Below, in pieces: positions 1-7,793 of a stretch of 60,903 nt of DNA. This DNA comes from Boseongicola sp. Its GTDB lineage: Bacteria > Pseudomonadota > Alphaproteobacteria > Rhodobacterales > Rhodobacteraceae. Each line of letters opens with the position of its first letter. Positions within the stretch are counted from its first letter, which is position 1. Below the pieces are notes generated by a model. It was not told the DNA's origin. It saw only the letters and a program-made list of their open reading frames with translations, and searched no databases. The translations under genes were made by a program, and so were the position numbers. The stretch covers positions 1 through 60,903 of the forward strand of contig JBPCWO010000242.1 in NCBI GenBank assembly GCA_051009475.1, in the 5' to 3' direction.

Positions 1-145
1 TCCGGCTGAAGAAGCTGCCGCCGAGGAAGCTTCGGTCGAGGAAGCCGCAGCAGAAGAGGCGCCTGCCGAGGAAACCCCGGCGGAAGAGGCCGTCGCCGAG
101 GACGCACCCGCCGAAGACGCGGCCGAGGAAGAAAAGGCGGAGTAA
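1..145 (+). CDS. rpsP: 3' end of a CDS entering from upstream; acidic Ala/Glu/Pro-rich tail, probably the C-terminal extension of 30S ribosomal protein S16
   Basis: Frame 2 is open from the window edge to TAA at 143-145 (PAEEAAAEEASVEEAAAEEAPAEETPAEEAVAEDAPAEDAAEEEKAE*). It lies 18 nt upstream of rimM-trmD, where rpsP sits in the conserved rpsP-rimM-trmD-rplS operon. Identity rests on synteny only; the globular part is outside the window. Confidence 0.5.
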   Translation, partial: PAEEAAAEEASVEEAAAEEAPAEETPAEEAVAEDAPAEDAAEEEKAE

Positions 146-163
146 TCCGCCTTTCTCAGCGCC

Positions 164-685
164 ATGTCGGATCGGGTTTGCGTTGGCGCCGTCGCCGGCG
201 CCTTTGGGGTTAAAGGCGAGGTGCGGCTGAAAAGCTTTTGCGCCGAGCCCGAGGCCATCGCCTCTTATGGGCCGCTCATGTCAGAAGACGGCAGTGCGAA
301 TTGGGAAGTGCGTCTCTCTCGGCCTGTAAAAGGTGGGTTTGCGGCGCGACTTACAGGTGTTGTCACAAAAGAAGCTGCTGATGCCTTGCGCGGCACACGG
401 CTTTATGTGCTGCGCGATCGGCTGCCAGATTTACCCGGCGACGAGTATTATCACGCCGATCTGGTTGGGCTAAAGGTGTTCGATACCGGAGGCGTCGAAA
501 TGGGGCGTGTAAAAGCAGTATTGAATCACGGCGCGGGCGATTTGCTTGAGATTGTCGATAAGGAACTCGGCCAACCCATACTGCTGCCATTTACTAAGTC
601 CGCCGTCCCGACGGTTAATCTGAAGTCTGGCAGGATCGTTGTTGACCCGCCAGATGGATTACTCTCCGGTGGCGACGATGAATAG
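164..685 (+). CDS. rimM: 16S rRNA processing protein RimM
   Basis: ATG at 164. N-terminal [19 protein letters not shown] and a C-terminal PRC-barrel-like [24 protein letters not shown] are typical of RimM. Sits immediately upstream of trmD. Confidence 0.9.
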   Translation: MSDRVCVGAVAGAFGVKGEVRLKSFCAEPEAIASYGPLMSEDGSANWEVRLSRPVKGGFAARLTGVVTKEAADALRGTRLYVLRDRLPDLPGDEYYHADLVGLKVFDTGGVEMGRVKAVLNHGAGDLLEIVDKELGQPILLPFTKSAVPTVNLKSGRIVVDPPDGLLSGGDDE

Positions 686-722
686 TCGGCGGTTGAAGCC
701 ATGACTATTGGAGGCGCGGGCG

Positions 723-1529
723 GTGGCTAAAAGCGAAAAATCCCACGGTCGACTTGCAATTGGCGCCAATAAGCAACCGCGGGAATTGGTGAGCGACCGC
801 CCTGACCTCGCCACAGCCTGGGTTGCGCGTGTCATCACACTTTTCCCCGATACGTTTCCGGGGGTTCTTCAGGCATCGCTGACTGGTAAGGCGCTGCAGG
901 ACGGCCTTTTTCGGCTGGAGACGATTGATCTGCGCACCTTTGGGCAAGGCAAACATCGCAACGTGGATGATACACCTGCAGGTGGAGGTGCAGGTATGGT
1001 TTTGCGCGCAGACGTCATGGGTCGCGCAATTCGGTATGCGATGACCGGTGCGCCTGACGATCGCACGCAGTGGCCGCTGGTTTATCTGTCACCGCGTGGT
1101 CGACCATTTGATCAAGCAATGGCAAAACGCTTTTCTGGCACCGAGGGGGTCACAATGATTTGTGGGCGGTTCGAAGGAATGGACGAACGCGTTATCGAGC
1201 ATTTTGCCATAGAGGAAGTGTCTTTGGGGGATTTCGTTATGACCGGCGGCGAAATCGCAGCGCAAGCGATGTTAGATGCAACGGTGCGACTTATGCCCGG
1301 CGTCCTGGGCAATGCCGCATCAACTGAAGACGAAAGCTTTTCGGAGGGGTTTTTGGAGCACCCGCAATACACCCGACCCGCGGAATGGGAAGGCAGAACA
1401 ATCCCCGAAGTGCTTACGTCCGGGGATCACGCAGCGGTTGGCCGGTGGCGACGCCAGCAATCCGAGCGCCTTACCCGCGAACGGCGCCCAGATATTTTGA
1501 GTGCAAGTTCGGACAAGTCTGACGAATAG
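723..1529 (+). CDS. trmD: tRNA (guanine37-N1)-methyltransferase TrmD
   Basis: Motifs VITLFPDTFPG, GGGAGMVL and CGRFEGMDERV. The track ORF starts at TTG 708. I prefer in-frame GTG 723, preceded by GGAGG at 710-714 (8 nt spacing). GTG 789 is another possibility. Confidence 0.88.
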   Translation: MAKSEKSHGRLAIGANKQPRELVSDRPDLATAWVARVITLFPDTFPGVLQASLTGKALQDGLFRLETIDLRTFGQGKHRNVDDTPAGGGAGMVLRADVMGRAIRYAMTGAPDDRTQWPLVYLSPRGRPFDQAMAKRFSGTEGVTMICGRFEGMDERVIEHFAIEEVSLGDFVMTGGEIAAQAMLDATVRLMPGVLGNAASTEDESFSEGFLEHPQYTRPAEWEGRTIPEVLTSGDHAAVGRWRRQQSERLTRERRPDILSASSDKSDE

Positions 1530-1646
1530 ACCCAAAATGCGCATTCGGGCGAACCGGTTTTTGCAAATTTGCTTCGAAAAATTGCCTAAATCTCGCCGCG
1601 ATTTTCTGAATTAGTAACTCCAATTCCGGCTGATTGAGCTTTTTAA

Positions 1647-2786
1647 ATGCACAAGCACGTCGAGAAACTTGGACTTGCTACCATCATCGCCGCGTGCGTC
1701 CTTTTGGCTTGGGCTACTCCAGGAAACGTAAGTTTCTTAGGTGCAGTAAGGCTTGTACTAATAACTTGTGCGGTTTTTGCAGCATTGCGCCTGTTGTTTC
1801 ACAGAGAGCCGAAGGAACCCGCGGGGCGGACCGGACTGTTAACAGATCAACCACGCGCGCCTCTGTCTGAAGGCGAACGTCAGAGAATGCTGGGACTGAC
1901 AGTTCTGCATAGGAGTGATACTTCCGATCGCGACCCTTCCGAGCCGGATCTTTTCGTTGCCGCTGAAATAGACCGGATCACAGAGGAGTGGCGACAGGAG
2001 CATGGCGAACCTTTTTCGGACGACGAGATCCGTTCGCTATATCAACTGCTGATGTATGCGGATCCCGGCGACCGGCCGGTATCACGTCATCCGCAACAGT
2101 ATCTACGTGATGTCAGAGATGCAGAGCCGTTTTACCGGCTGCGAAACTACGTGCTGGATTGGAGACAGGCGCCACGACCTTCGGAGGATGCCTTTCAGGA
2201 TTGGCTGGCCCTTGTGGGTGACCCATCGGCGAACCACTTGCTGCTGAATGGCTGGGTGCGTTTCCTGCAAAGCCTGCCAGGCAACGATATCGCGCTTTGG
2301 CACAGCATCGCCACAAATTTTCGGAATATACGTAATCGCGATCGGTTGGATGCTGCATTTTGGATCCTTGAACAGCCTGATTGCGACCTTGCAACGGCAT
2401 CAGACTTTATTCGAGGTGCCGCAGGTTTGGATCTGATTGACGAACTGGCGAAGGATGCGAAGAAATCTGGCAACTGGCGCTATTTCGAATCCTATTGCGC
2501 GGTGATCGAGAAGTACAACAGCGGATTCTATGTTCGGCATTCGATTGAAGCTGGAGGAATTGAAGGTCTGGAGCCGGGATTCGATCAAAGCGCATTGGAG
2601 GATCGGCTGGCGTCAATTGTGAAGGACACGGCGCAACCGCCCATCCCTGTCCCAGACGGACTTTTGCCTGAAGGCGCACCACCTGCGGTGCCAATGCCCG
2701 ACGGATATTCGTCGCCGTACGATTTCGACCCTTCCGCAGGGCTTTACATGAAGTATCCTGGCCCGGGGTGGCGATCAGCTTCTTGA
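1647..2786 (+). CDS. Hypothetical membrane protein (two N-terminal TM helices, acidic soluble domain, Pro-rich tail) inserted between trmD and rplS
   Basis: 379-codon ORF from ATG 1647 with no obvious SD. Hydrophobic segments LGLATIIAACVLLAWA and FLGAVRLVLITCAVFAALRLLF. The stretch WHSIATNFRNIRNRDRLDAAFWILEQPDCDLATASDFI resembles, from memory only, the DUF4274 signature. C-terminus is PPIPVPDGLLPEGAPPAVPMPDG. No family confidently recognised. Confidence 0.6.
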   Translation: MHKHVEKLGLATIIAACVLLAWATPGNVSFLGAVRLVLITCAVFAALRLLFHREPKEPAGRTGLLTDQPRAPLSEGERQRMLGLTVLHRSDTSDRDPSEPDLFVAAEIDRITEEWRQEHGEPFSDDEIRSLYQLLMYADPGDRPVSRHPQQYLRDVRDAEPFYRLRNYVLDWRQAPRPSEDAFQDWLALVGDPSANHLLLNGWVRFLQSLPGNDIALWHSIATNFRNIRNRDRLDAAFWILEQPDCDLATASDFIRGAAGLDLIDELAKDAKKSGNWRYFESYCAVIEKYNSGFYVRHSIEAGGIEGLEPGFDQSALEDRLASIVKDTAQPPIPVPDGLLPEGAPPAVPMPDGYSSPYDFDPSAGLYMKYPGPGWRSAS

Positions 2787-3040
2787 ATTCCGTCTTCGCT
2801 CTTGATCGCATTAGCCGAACCCCCTATACGGCGCGAGTTCGCGGCTTAATCGGCTGGCGGACGGTTCGGGTTTGGCGAAACTGCAATCTTCTGCAAGTTA
2901 GTTGATCAACCGGAACACCATAAGGAATGACGACCTGAATCTCCCGCGGGCGCGATATGCCGACCCGACAGAAGACGCGGAGCTCTGAGGCGCAAGACAC
3001 CTCTCGGGAGAAAACCCGAGGCGACATAGGAGTTGGTCAG

Positions 3041-3418
3041 ATGGATCTGATCGCTGAATTGGAAGCCGAGCAGGTCGCTGCGCTTGGCAATGATATTCCA
3101 GATTTCAAAGCGGGCGACACTGTTCGCGTCGGCTACAAAGTGACTGAAGGCACGCGCACACGCGTGCAGAATTACGAAGGTGTCTGCATCGCGCGCAAGA
3201 ATGGCGATGGCGTTGCCGGCAGCTTTACGGTTCGCAAAATTTCGTTTGGTGAAGGCGTGGAACGGGTGTTCCCGCTGCATTCAACGAACATCGACAGCGT
3301 CACCGTTGTACGTCGCGGTCGCGTTCGGCGCGCAAAGCTTTACTACTTACGTTCGCGTCGGGGTAAATCCGCGCGTATCGCTGAGGACACCACCTATAAG
3401 CCCAAGGCCAAGGCCTGA
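3041..3418 (+). CDS. rplS: 50S ribosomal protein L19
   Basis: [11 protein letters not shown]...[30 protein letters not shown]...[20 protein letters not shown] is canonical L19. ATG 3041 is preceded by TAGGAG. The track ORF start at 2957 is an upstream in-frame extension. Confidence 0.95.
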   Translation: MDLIAELEAEQVAALGNDIPDFKAGDTVRVGYKVTEGTRTRVQNYEGVCIARKNGDGVAGSFTVRKISFGEGVERVFPLHSTNIDSVTVVRRGRVRRAKLYYLRSRRGKSARIAEDTTYKPKAKA

Positions 3419-3429
3419 GGAGCGGACAG

Positions 3430-3651
3430 ATGAAAAAAGACACCCATCCAGAATATCACGTTATCGACGTCAAGATGACGAACGGTGACATCGTGCAGAT
3501 GCGTTCAACCTGGGGCGCGGAAGGCGATACGCTATCACTTGACGTGGACCCGACCGTCCACCCTGCCTGGACTGGCGGCGGCACTCGCTTAATGGACACT
3601 GGCGGGCGTGTTTCGAAGTTCAAAAAGAAATACGAAGGCCTCGGCTTCTAA
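3430..3651 (+). CDS. rpmE: 50S ribosomal protein L31 (Cys-less, zinc-independent form)
   Basis: [10 protein letters not shown]...[12 protein letters not shown] matches L31. None of the four Zn-ligand Cys of the E. coli type are present. Confidence 0.95.
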   Translation: MKKDTHPEYHVIDVKMTNGDIVQMRSTWGAEGDTLSLDVDPTVHPAWTGGGTRLMDTGGRVSKFKKKYEGLGF

Positions 3652-3677
3652 AAGCCAATCGCCTTTTCGTTTGCAAA

Positions 3678-3703
3678 GCGCCGCCTTTGAGGCGGCGTTT
3701 TTC
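3678..3703 (+). terminator. Rho-independent terminator after rplS-rpmE
   Basis: CGCCGCC (3679-3685) / TTTGA loop / GGCGGCG (3691-3697), followed by TTTTT (3698-3702). Confidence 0.8.
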
Positions 3704-3772
3704 GTGTGATTGCAACGTGGAAATTGCATTCGGGACGACAGTTTTTCCCGGTGTCGTGAACGCTAGCAGAGA

Positions 3773-4810
3773 TCAGGGATAAAGGGCTTGGGCCTGAGAA
3801 AACGACAACAAGCGCTTGCTTTTCTCGTCCCACAGATGCAACCGGGCGTTTGCAAAACTCTGTCGGACTGTGAGCTGGTTGTTATCAGCAAGTTGGCCGT
3901 GGTCGCGAAGCACTTCCGTCAGGCGATAAAATGGGATGCGACTGTGAAGATGGTGGACGTGGTGAATTCCGATATTCGCACTGAACCACTGAAGCACCGA
4001 CGGCATTACATAATGCGAACTGCCGTGCAGAGCGGCATCATGCAATTGCCAGTCTTCTTCTGCATCCCATTGCGTGTTTTCGAATTGATGTTGCACGTAA
4101 AAAAGCCACATGCCCGCTGTCGCGGCTAGCAGGGTTGTAGGTAGAAATATTAGCAATACCGGCGCTAACCCACCGAAATAAATGATCAAAGCCAAACCGG
4201 CGAATATGGCAGCGTTGGTGCCCATCGCGCTGATCCAGTATTTGGTTCTGGCCATCAGCCCAAATGGTAGTCGATTCTGCAAAAAGAAAAGATATCCGGG
4301 TCCGAGGCCAAACAGAATAATTGGATTGCGGTAGACTCTGTATTTCAGACGGTTGAATGCTGACAAATCGCGATATTCGGCGACCGTCAGTGTGTGAATG
4401 TCGCCCATCCCTCTTTTGCCGAGATTGCCTGAAGTGCTGTGGTGTTCGGAATGGGTGCGGCGCCAGACGTCGTAAGGAGTTAGCGTGAGCACACCTATCA
4501 CGCGCCCGAGCCAGTCACTGAAAGTCCTGTTTTTGAAGAATGCTCCGTGTCCACAATCATGCTGGATGGCGAATAGGCGCAACAAGAACGCGGCATTGAA
4601 TACCGATATCGTGAATGTCAGCCAGTAGCTGATTGATAATGACCACCACGCCAGACACCAAAATAAAACGAACGGAACAAAACTCACGCCCAGTTCAAAT
4701 GCGCTGCGAAGCTGGTTGGGTTCGCGATAATCTGCGAGAATTTTGACCCAATCGCGGGGCGCAGGCGTAACTGGCTGTTCTCTGGGAACAGAATTGAATT
4801 GCTGGATCAT
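3773..4810 (-). CDS. Membrane fatty-acid desaturase family protein
   Basis: Three His boxes HDCGH, HSEHH and HHVHH, with multiple hydrophobic segments. ATG at 4810. Confidence 0.85.
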   Translation of the reverse strand: MIQQFNSVPREQPVTPAPRDWVKILADYREPNQLRSAFELGVSFVPFVLFWCLAWWSLSISYWLTFTISVFNAAFLLRLFAIQHDCGHGAFFKNRTFSDWLGRVIGVLTLTPYDVWRRTHSEHHSTSGNLGKRGMGDIHTLTVAEYRDLSAFNRLKYRVYRNPIILFGLGPGYLFFLQNRLPFGLMARTKYWISAMGTNAAIFAGLALIIYFGGLAPVLLIFLPTTLLAATAGMWLFYVQHQFENTQWDAEEDWQLHDAALHGSSHYVMPSVLQWFSANIGIHHVHHLHSRIPFYRLTEVLRDHGQLADNNQLTVRQSFANARLHLWDEKSKRLLSFSQAQALYP

Positions 4811-5067
4811 GCGCCTGCTCTGTTGGTGTTATTTGCAGATTGGATAAACTACTGGCCCAAAGTGGCAACTAATATTTGAATGCTTGGTGGATCGAGCGCG
4901 CGAGCGTGCCCTAACAACCGCTTTTTGGAATCAGCGGGACTCTGCGATGGCTCGAAAACTCTAAATGTAACGCCATTCTAAATTGACAGAAAAACTGACG
5001 AAAACCGGATCCTATGCCTTAATACACGCCCATTAACCGCGATCAAAAATCCGAACTGCTTCTGACT

Positions 5068-5376
5068 TTAGTCAAGCTCGGTCCAGGGCCAAGGCTTCAC
5101 TTCGCTAGCTGCAGTCTGGAAACGAGCGGCCTTGGCAATCCAGATCCCAAGATCGGTACCGAAGTCGGCCAGCCGTTCATTCGGCTGTTTGTTGTTAATC
5201 AGCATTAATACGAATTGAACGATTGTCGCCACGCCAAGAATTGTCTGTGCGATCGAGATCATTACGGCGATCAGCACCATATAAACAAGTCGGATAAGCA
5301 GGCTTTCTTCGCTCTCGGGCTCGATCTGTTCGCCGTGGATGCGGCCTGTCACTTTGTCGTCTTCAGGCTCGGTCAT
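5068..5376 (-). CDS. Small membrane protein, DUF4389-like
   Basis: MTEPEDDKV... acidic N-terminus, then two hydrophobic helices (LLIRLVYMVLIAVMISIAQTILGVATIVQFVLMLI) and a C-terminal KPWPWTELD. Start trimmed from 5526 to ATG 5376 (AGGAC upstream); ATG 5388 is an alternative. Family call is from memory. Confidence 0.6.
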   Translation of the reverse strand: MTEPEDDKVTGRIHGEQIEPESEESLLIRLVYMVLIAVMISIAQTILGVATIVQFVLMLINNKQPNERLADFGTDLGIWIAKAARFQTAASEVKPWPWTELD

Positions 5377-5525
5377 TTCAGTCCTCATGCTTGACGTTTC
5401 GGGCAGTCTAACACAATGCGCAGCCGGGCCGCACGGATGATACTTTGAATGGACACATTCAATCGTATAAAGTCGATTCTCGAGGCGTATTGAGCGGGTT
5501 AACGCCCTTTTGAGGAGGGGTTCCA

Positions 5526-5606
5526 ATGTGGCCGAACTTGCAATCGATTCCAGTGCCTGTGCTTCTCTTTTCCAATTTGTTCATTCTTGCTCTGAGTGCG
5601 AATTGA
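5526..5606 (+). CDS. Candidate 26-aa hydrophobic small protein (below the ORF-track cutoff)
   Basis: GAGGAGGGG at 5512-5520, 5 nt before ATG 5526. Translates to MWPNLQSIPVPVLLFSNLFILALSAN, ending TGA 5604-5606, 15 nt before the EEP gene start. Support is SD strength, hydrophobicity and position only. Confidence 0.3.
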   Translation: MWPNLQSIPVPVLLFSNLFILALSAN

Positions 5607-5621
5607 TAGGGTGTCGGAATA

Positions 5622-6575
5622 TTGTCTAACTCCAAATTCCCGACGACTGGTTCTTGGCGCGGATATCGTGATTTTCTTTTTATTCGCAGAGCAGCGGCAG
5701 CCGCGATTTTGGGATCGCTACTGTTGCTTGGGTGCTCCGCCGGAACACTTTCGCCACAAGTCCCGGCCAAGCCGAACGAGCTGCGCCTTGCGACCTACAA
5801 TATCCATTACCTAGACCTGAGTCTTGGTGGTCGCTTGGAGTGGGGGCCACTGAACTGGGAGAACCGCCGCGACGCGCTTAACAGCGTCATCAAATCGCTC
5901 GACGCAGATCTGATCGCTTTCCAAGAGATGGAAACCTACGAGGGGGCCGATCCTTCCCAGCGAAACGATCAAAAGGATTGGATTTTGGACCGAAACCAGG
6001 AATACGCGGTTGCGGCCTTCGGGACTCCGCCGAATTTCCCGAACACGCAGCCGATTTTTTATCGCCGTGCAAAATTTCGACTGATCGATGAGGGTTTTGA
6101 TTTTTTCTCACCGGGAAATGGACAAATCAGCTCGATCAGCCGCTTTGCTGGATATCCTGACGCTGTAACTTGGGCGCGATTTGTGGATCGGTCATCAGGC
6201 AGACGCTTCCGTGTGTTCAATATCCACCTGCATTTTCTGAACGCGCGTCAAAGGCAAAGATCAGCGTCGCAGGTTGCCGGAATGGTGGACGCCGTTCGAC
6301 AGTCTGGCGATGCCCTGTTTGTTCTAGGCGATCTCAACGCCGGGCCAAATTCGCAAACCGGGGAAATACTCAAATCTGGGGGACTTGAAATCGTTGAGAG
6401 CCGCGGATCGACTTTCCATTTAAATGTCGGGTTGAATATTACTTCCCCGATTGACCACTTATTGCATTCGCAAAACGCAAGCCCGGTCGGACCCGCGAGG
6501 ATAGTTCGCGATCGGCCTGGTCGAATATGGCCGTCAGACCACTATCCGGTCGTTGCGGACTTCATTCTTAATTGA
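5622..6575 (+). CDS. Endonuclease/exonuclease/phosphatase (EEP) family lipoprotein
   Basis: Lipobox LLLLGC. EEP motifs LRLATYNIHY, FQEMETY, VFNIHLH, LGDLNAGPNS and SDHYPVVADF. Only a TTG start (5622) is available upstream of the signal peptide. Confidence 0.8.
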   Translation: MSNSKFPTTGSWRGYRDFLFIRRAAAAAILGSLLLLGCSAGTLSPQVPAKPNELRLATYNIHYLDLSLGGRLEWGPLNWENRRDALNSVIKSLDADLIAFQEMETYEGADPSQRNDQKDWILDRNQEYAVAAFGTPPNFPNTQPIFYRRAKFRLIDEGFDFFSPGNGQISSISRFAGYPDAVTWARFVDRSSGRRFRVFNIHLHFLNARQRQRSASQVAGMVDAVRQSGDALFVLGDLNAGPNSQTGEILKSGGLEIVESRGSTFHLNVGLNITSPIDHLLHSQNASPVGPARIVRDRPGRIWPSDHYPVVADFILN

Positions 6576-6599
6576 CGGCCTTTGAATTGCTTTTCAGAA

Positions 6600-7631
6600 T
6601 CAGTTTGCTTTCAGATACGCCACCAGCATTTTTCGCGCTGCTTCCAAATCGGACTTATGGATCATCTCGGTTACTGTGTGGATATAACGCGTTCCCACAG
6701 TAACCCCGATCGCGCGCGCACCCGATGCCGCCTGTTGCGCTGCCGCACCGTCCTGGCCACCTGAGCGCAGCATCGTTCGCTGGTAGGGAATCTTTTTCTT
6801 GTCGGCCAAGTTGGCAAATTCCTCGACCAGTTTCTTGTCTGCAATGAATGACCCATCGCGAATATGTAAACCAAATCCCTTGCCCTGAACGGTTGTTCGA
6901 TCCTGTTCCGGAACGCCGGGTGTGTCGCAACTGAGCGTTACGTCAATACCAATTCCAATGTCCGGTTGCACCGCAAAAGAAGCTGTTCTGGCACCCCTGA
7001 GACCAACTTCTTCCTGCGTGGTGAAAACAACATGGATCTCGGACTTTGGATTTGTCTTTCCCAGACCGCGGACGGCTTCAATTCCCAGCCAGCAGGCGAT
7101 GCGATTGTCGAGTGCTTTGGACACAACCTTGTCGCCCATTTCAAGAAATGGCTCGTCCATCACAACGTAATCGCCCACTTTGACCGCGTCTTTGGCGCCC
7201 TCCCCCAATCCTGTGTCAACGAAAAATTCGTGCGGTTGAGGGATGCGTTTGCGATCTTCTGCACTTGCAATGTGCACGGGTCTGCCGCCGGGATTCATCA
7301 CTGCTTTCAGATCGCCGTTTCCAGTGCAGACCATGACACGCCGTGAAAACAGATTCCTTGGGTCAAATCCGCCCACAGGCTGAAGATAGAGATAACCCTT
7401 GTCGCTGATGTGGCTAACCAGGAATCCTATTTCATCCATATGGCAAAGCAGCATTATCTTCTGCGGCGTATTGCCTTTGCCGTGCTTAATACAATGGAGC
7501 GATCCCATTGCGTCCTCGCGCACTTCGTCAAATAGCTTTTCGACTTCGTCCCGGATCAAATCCCGCACGCGTTCTTCGTGGCCCGGCACGCCGGGAGTTT
7601 CACAAAGACATTTCAGAAGATCGATATTCAT
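6600..7631 (-). CDS. M42 family metallopeptidase (FrvX-like aminopeptidase)
   Basis: Motifs HMDEIGFLV, LDNRIACW, TTQEEVGLRGA and GTRYIHT. Start trimmed to ATG 7631 (MNIDLLKCLCETPGVPGHE), with GGAGAG upstream. Confidence 0.85.
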   Translation of the reverse strand: MNIDLLKCLCETPGVPGHEERVRDLIRDEVEKLFDEVREDAMGSLHCIKHGKGNTPQKIMLLCHMDEIGFLVSHISDKGYLYLQPVGGFDPRNLFSRRVMVCTGNGDLKAVMNPGGRPVHIASAEDRKRIPQPHEFFVDTGLGEGAKDAVKVGDYVVMDEPFLEMGDKVVSKALDNRIACWLGIEAVRGLGKTNPKSEIHVVFTTQEEVGLRGARTASFAVQPDIGIGIDVTLSCDTPGVPEQDRTTVQGKGFGLHIRDGSFIADKKLVEEFANLADKKKIPYQRTMLRSGGQDGAAAQQAASGARAIGVTVGTRYIHTVTEMIHKSDLEAARKMLVAYLKAN

Positions 7632-7793
7632 AAGGGCGAACTCTCCGTTGTATTGACTGCCGCCCATATTGCCGCCAGCCATCATTGGTGCAAGCGCGGT
7701 TTCAAGCAATCTGCCGCCAGTTGCGCAGCGTCACGCTTGGCCATGCCCCGAATTGAAGGCTAAACTTGCAATAACTTGAAGGGGAATTACGAA

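Noticed and set aside
2957-3040. Upstream in-frame extensions of several track ORFs: rplS 2957, trmD 708, M42 7709, caspase-like 7776, LysR 15872, 2OG oxygenase 32968, pmbA 32749, lpxK 36453, GS-HQR 27808.
   Set aside because: In each case a downstream start has a better SD and matches the expected family N-terminus. The extensions are Arg-rich or overlap neighbouring genes.
5604-5624. The 26-aa small ORF and the EEP ORF are in the same frame, separated by TGA-TAG. Is this read-through or a disrupted longer gene?
   Set aside because: Two tandem stops separate them. The EEP protein has its own complete lipoprotein signal after the TTG, and the shared frame has a 1-in-3 chance expectation.
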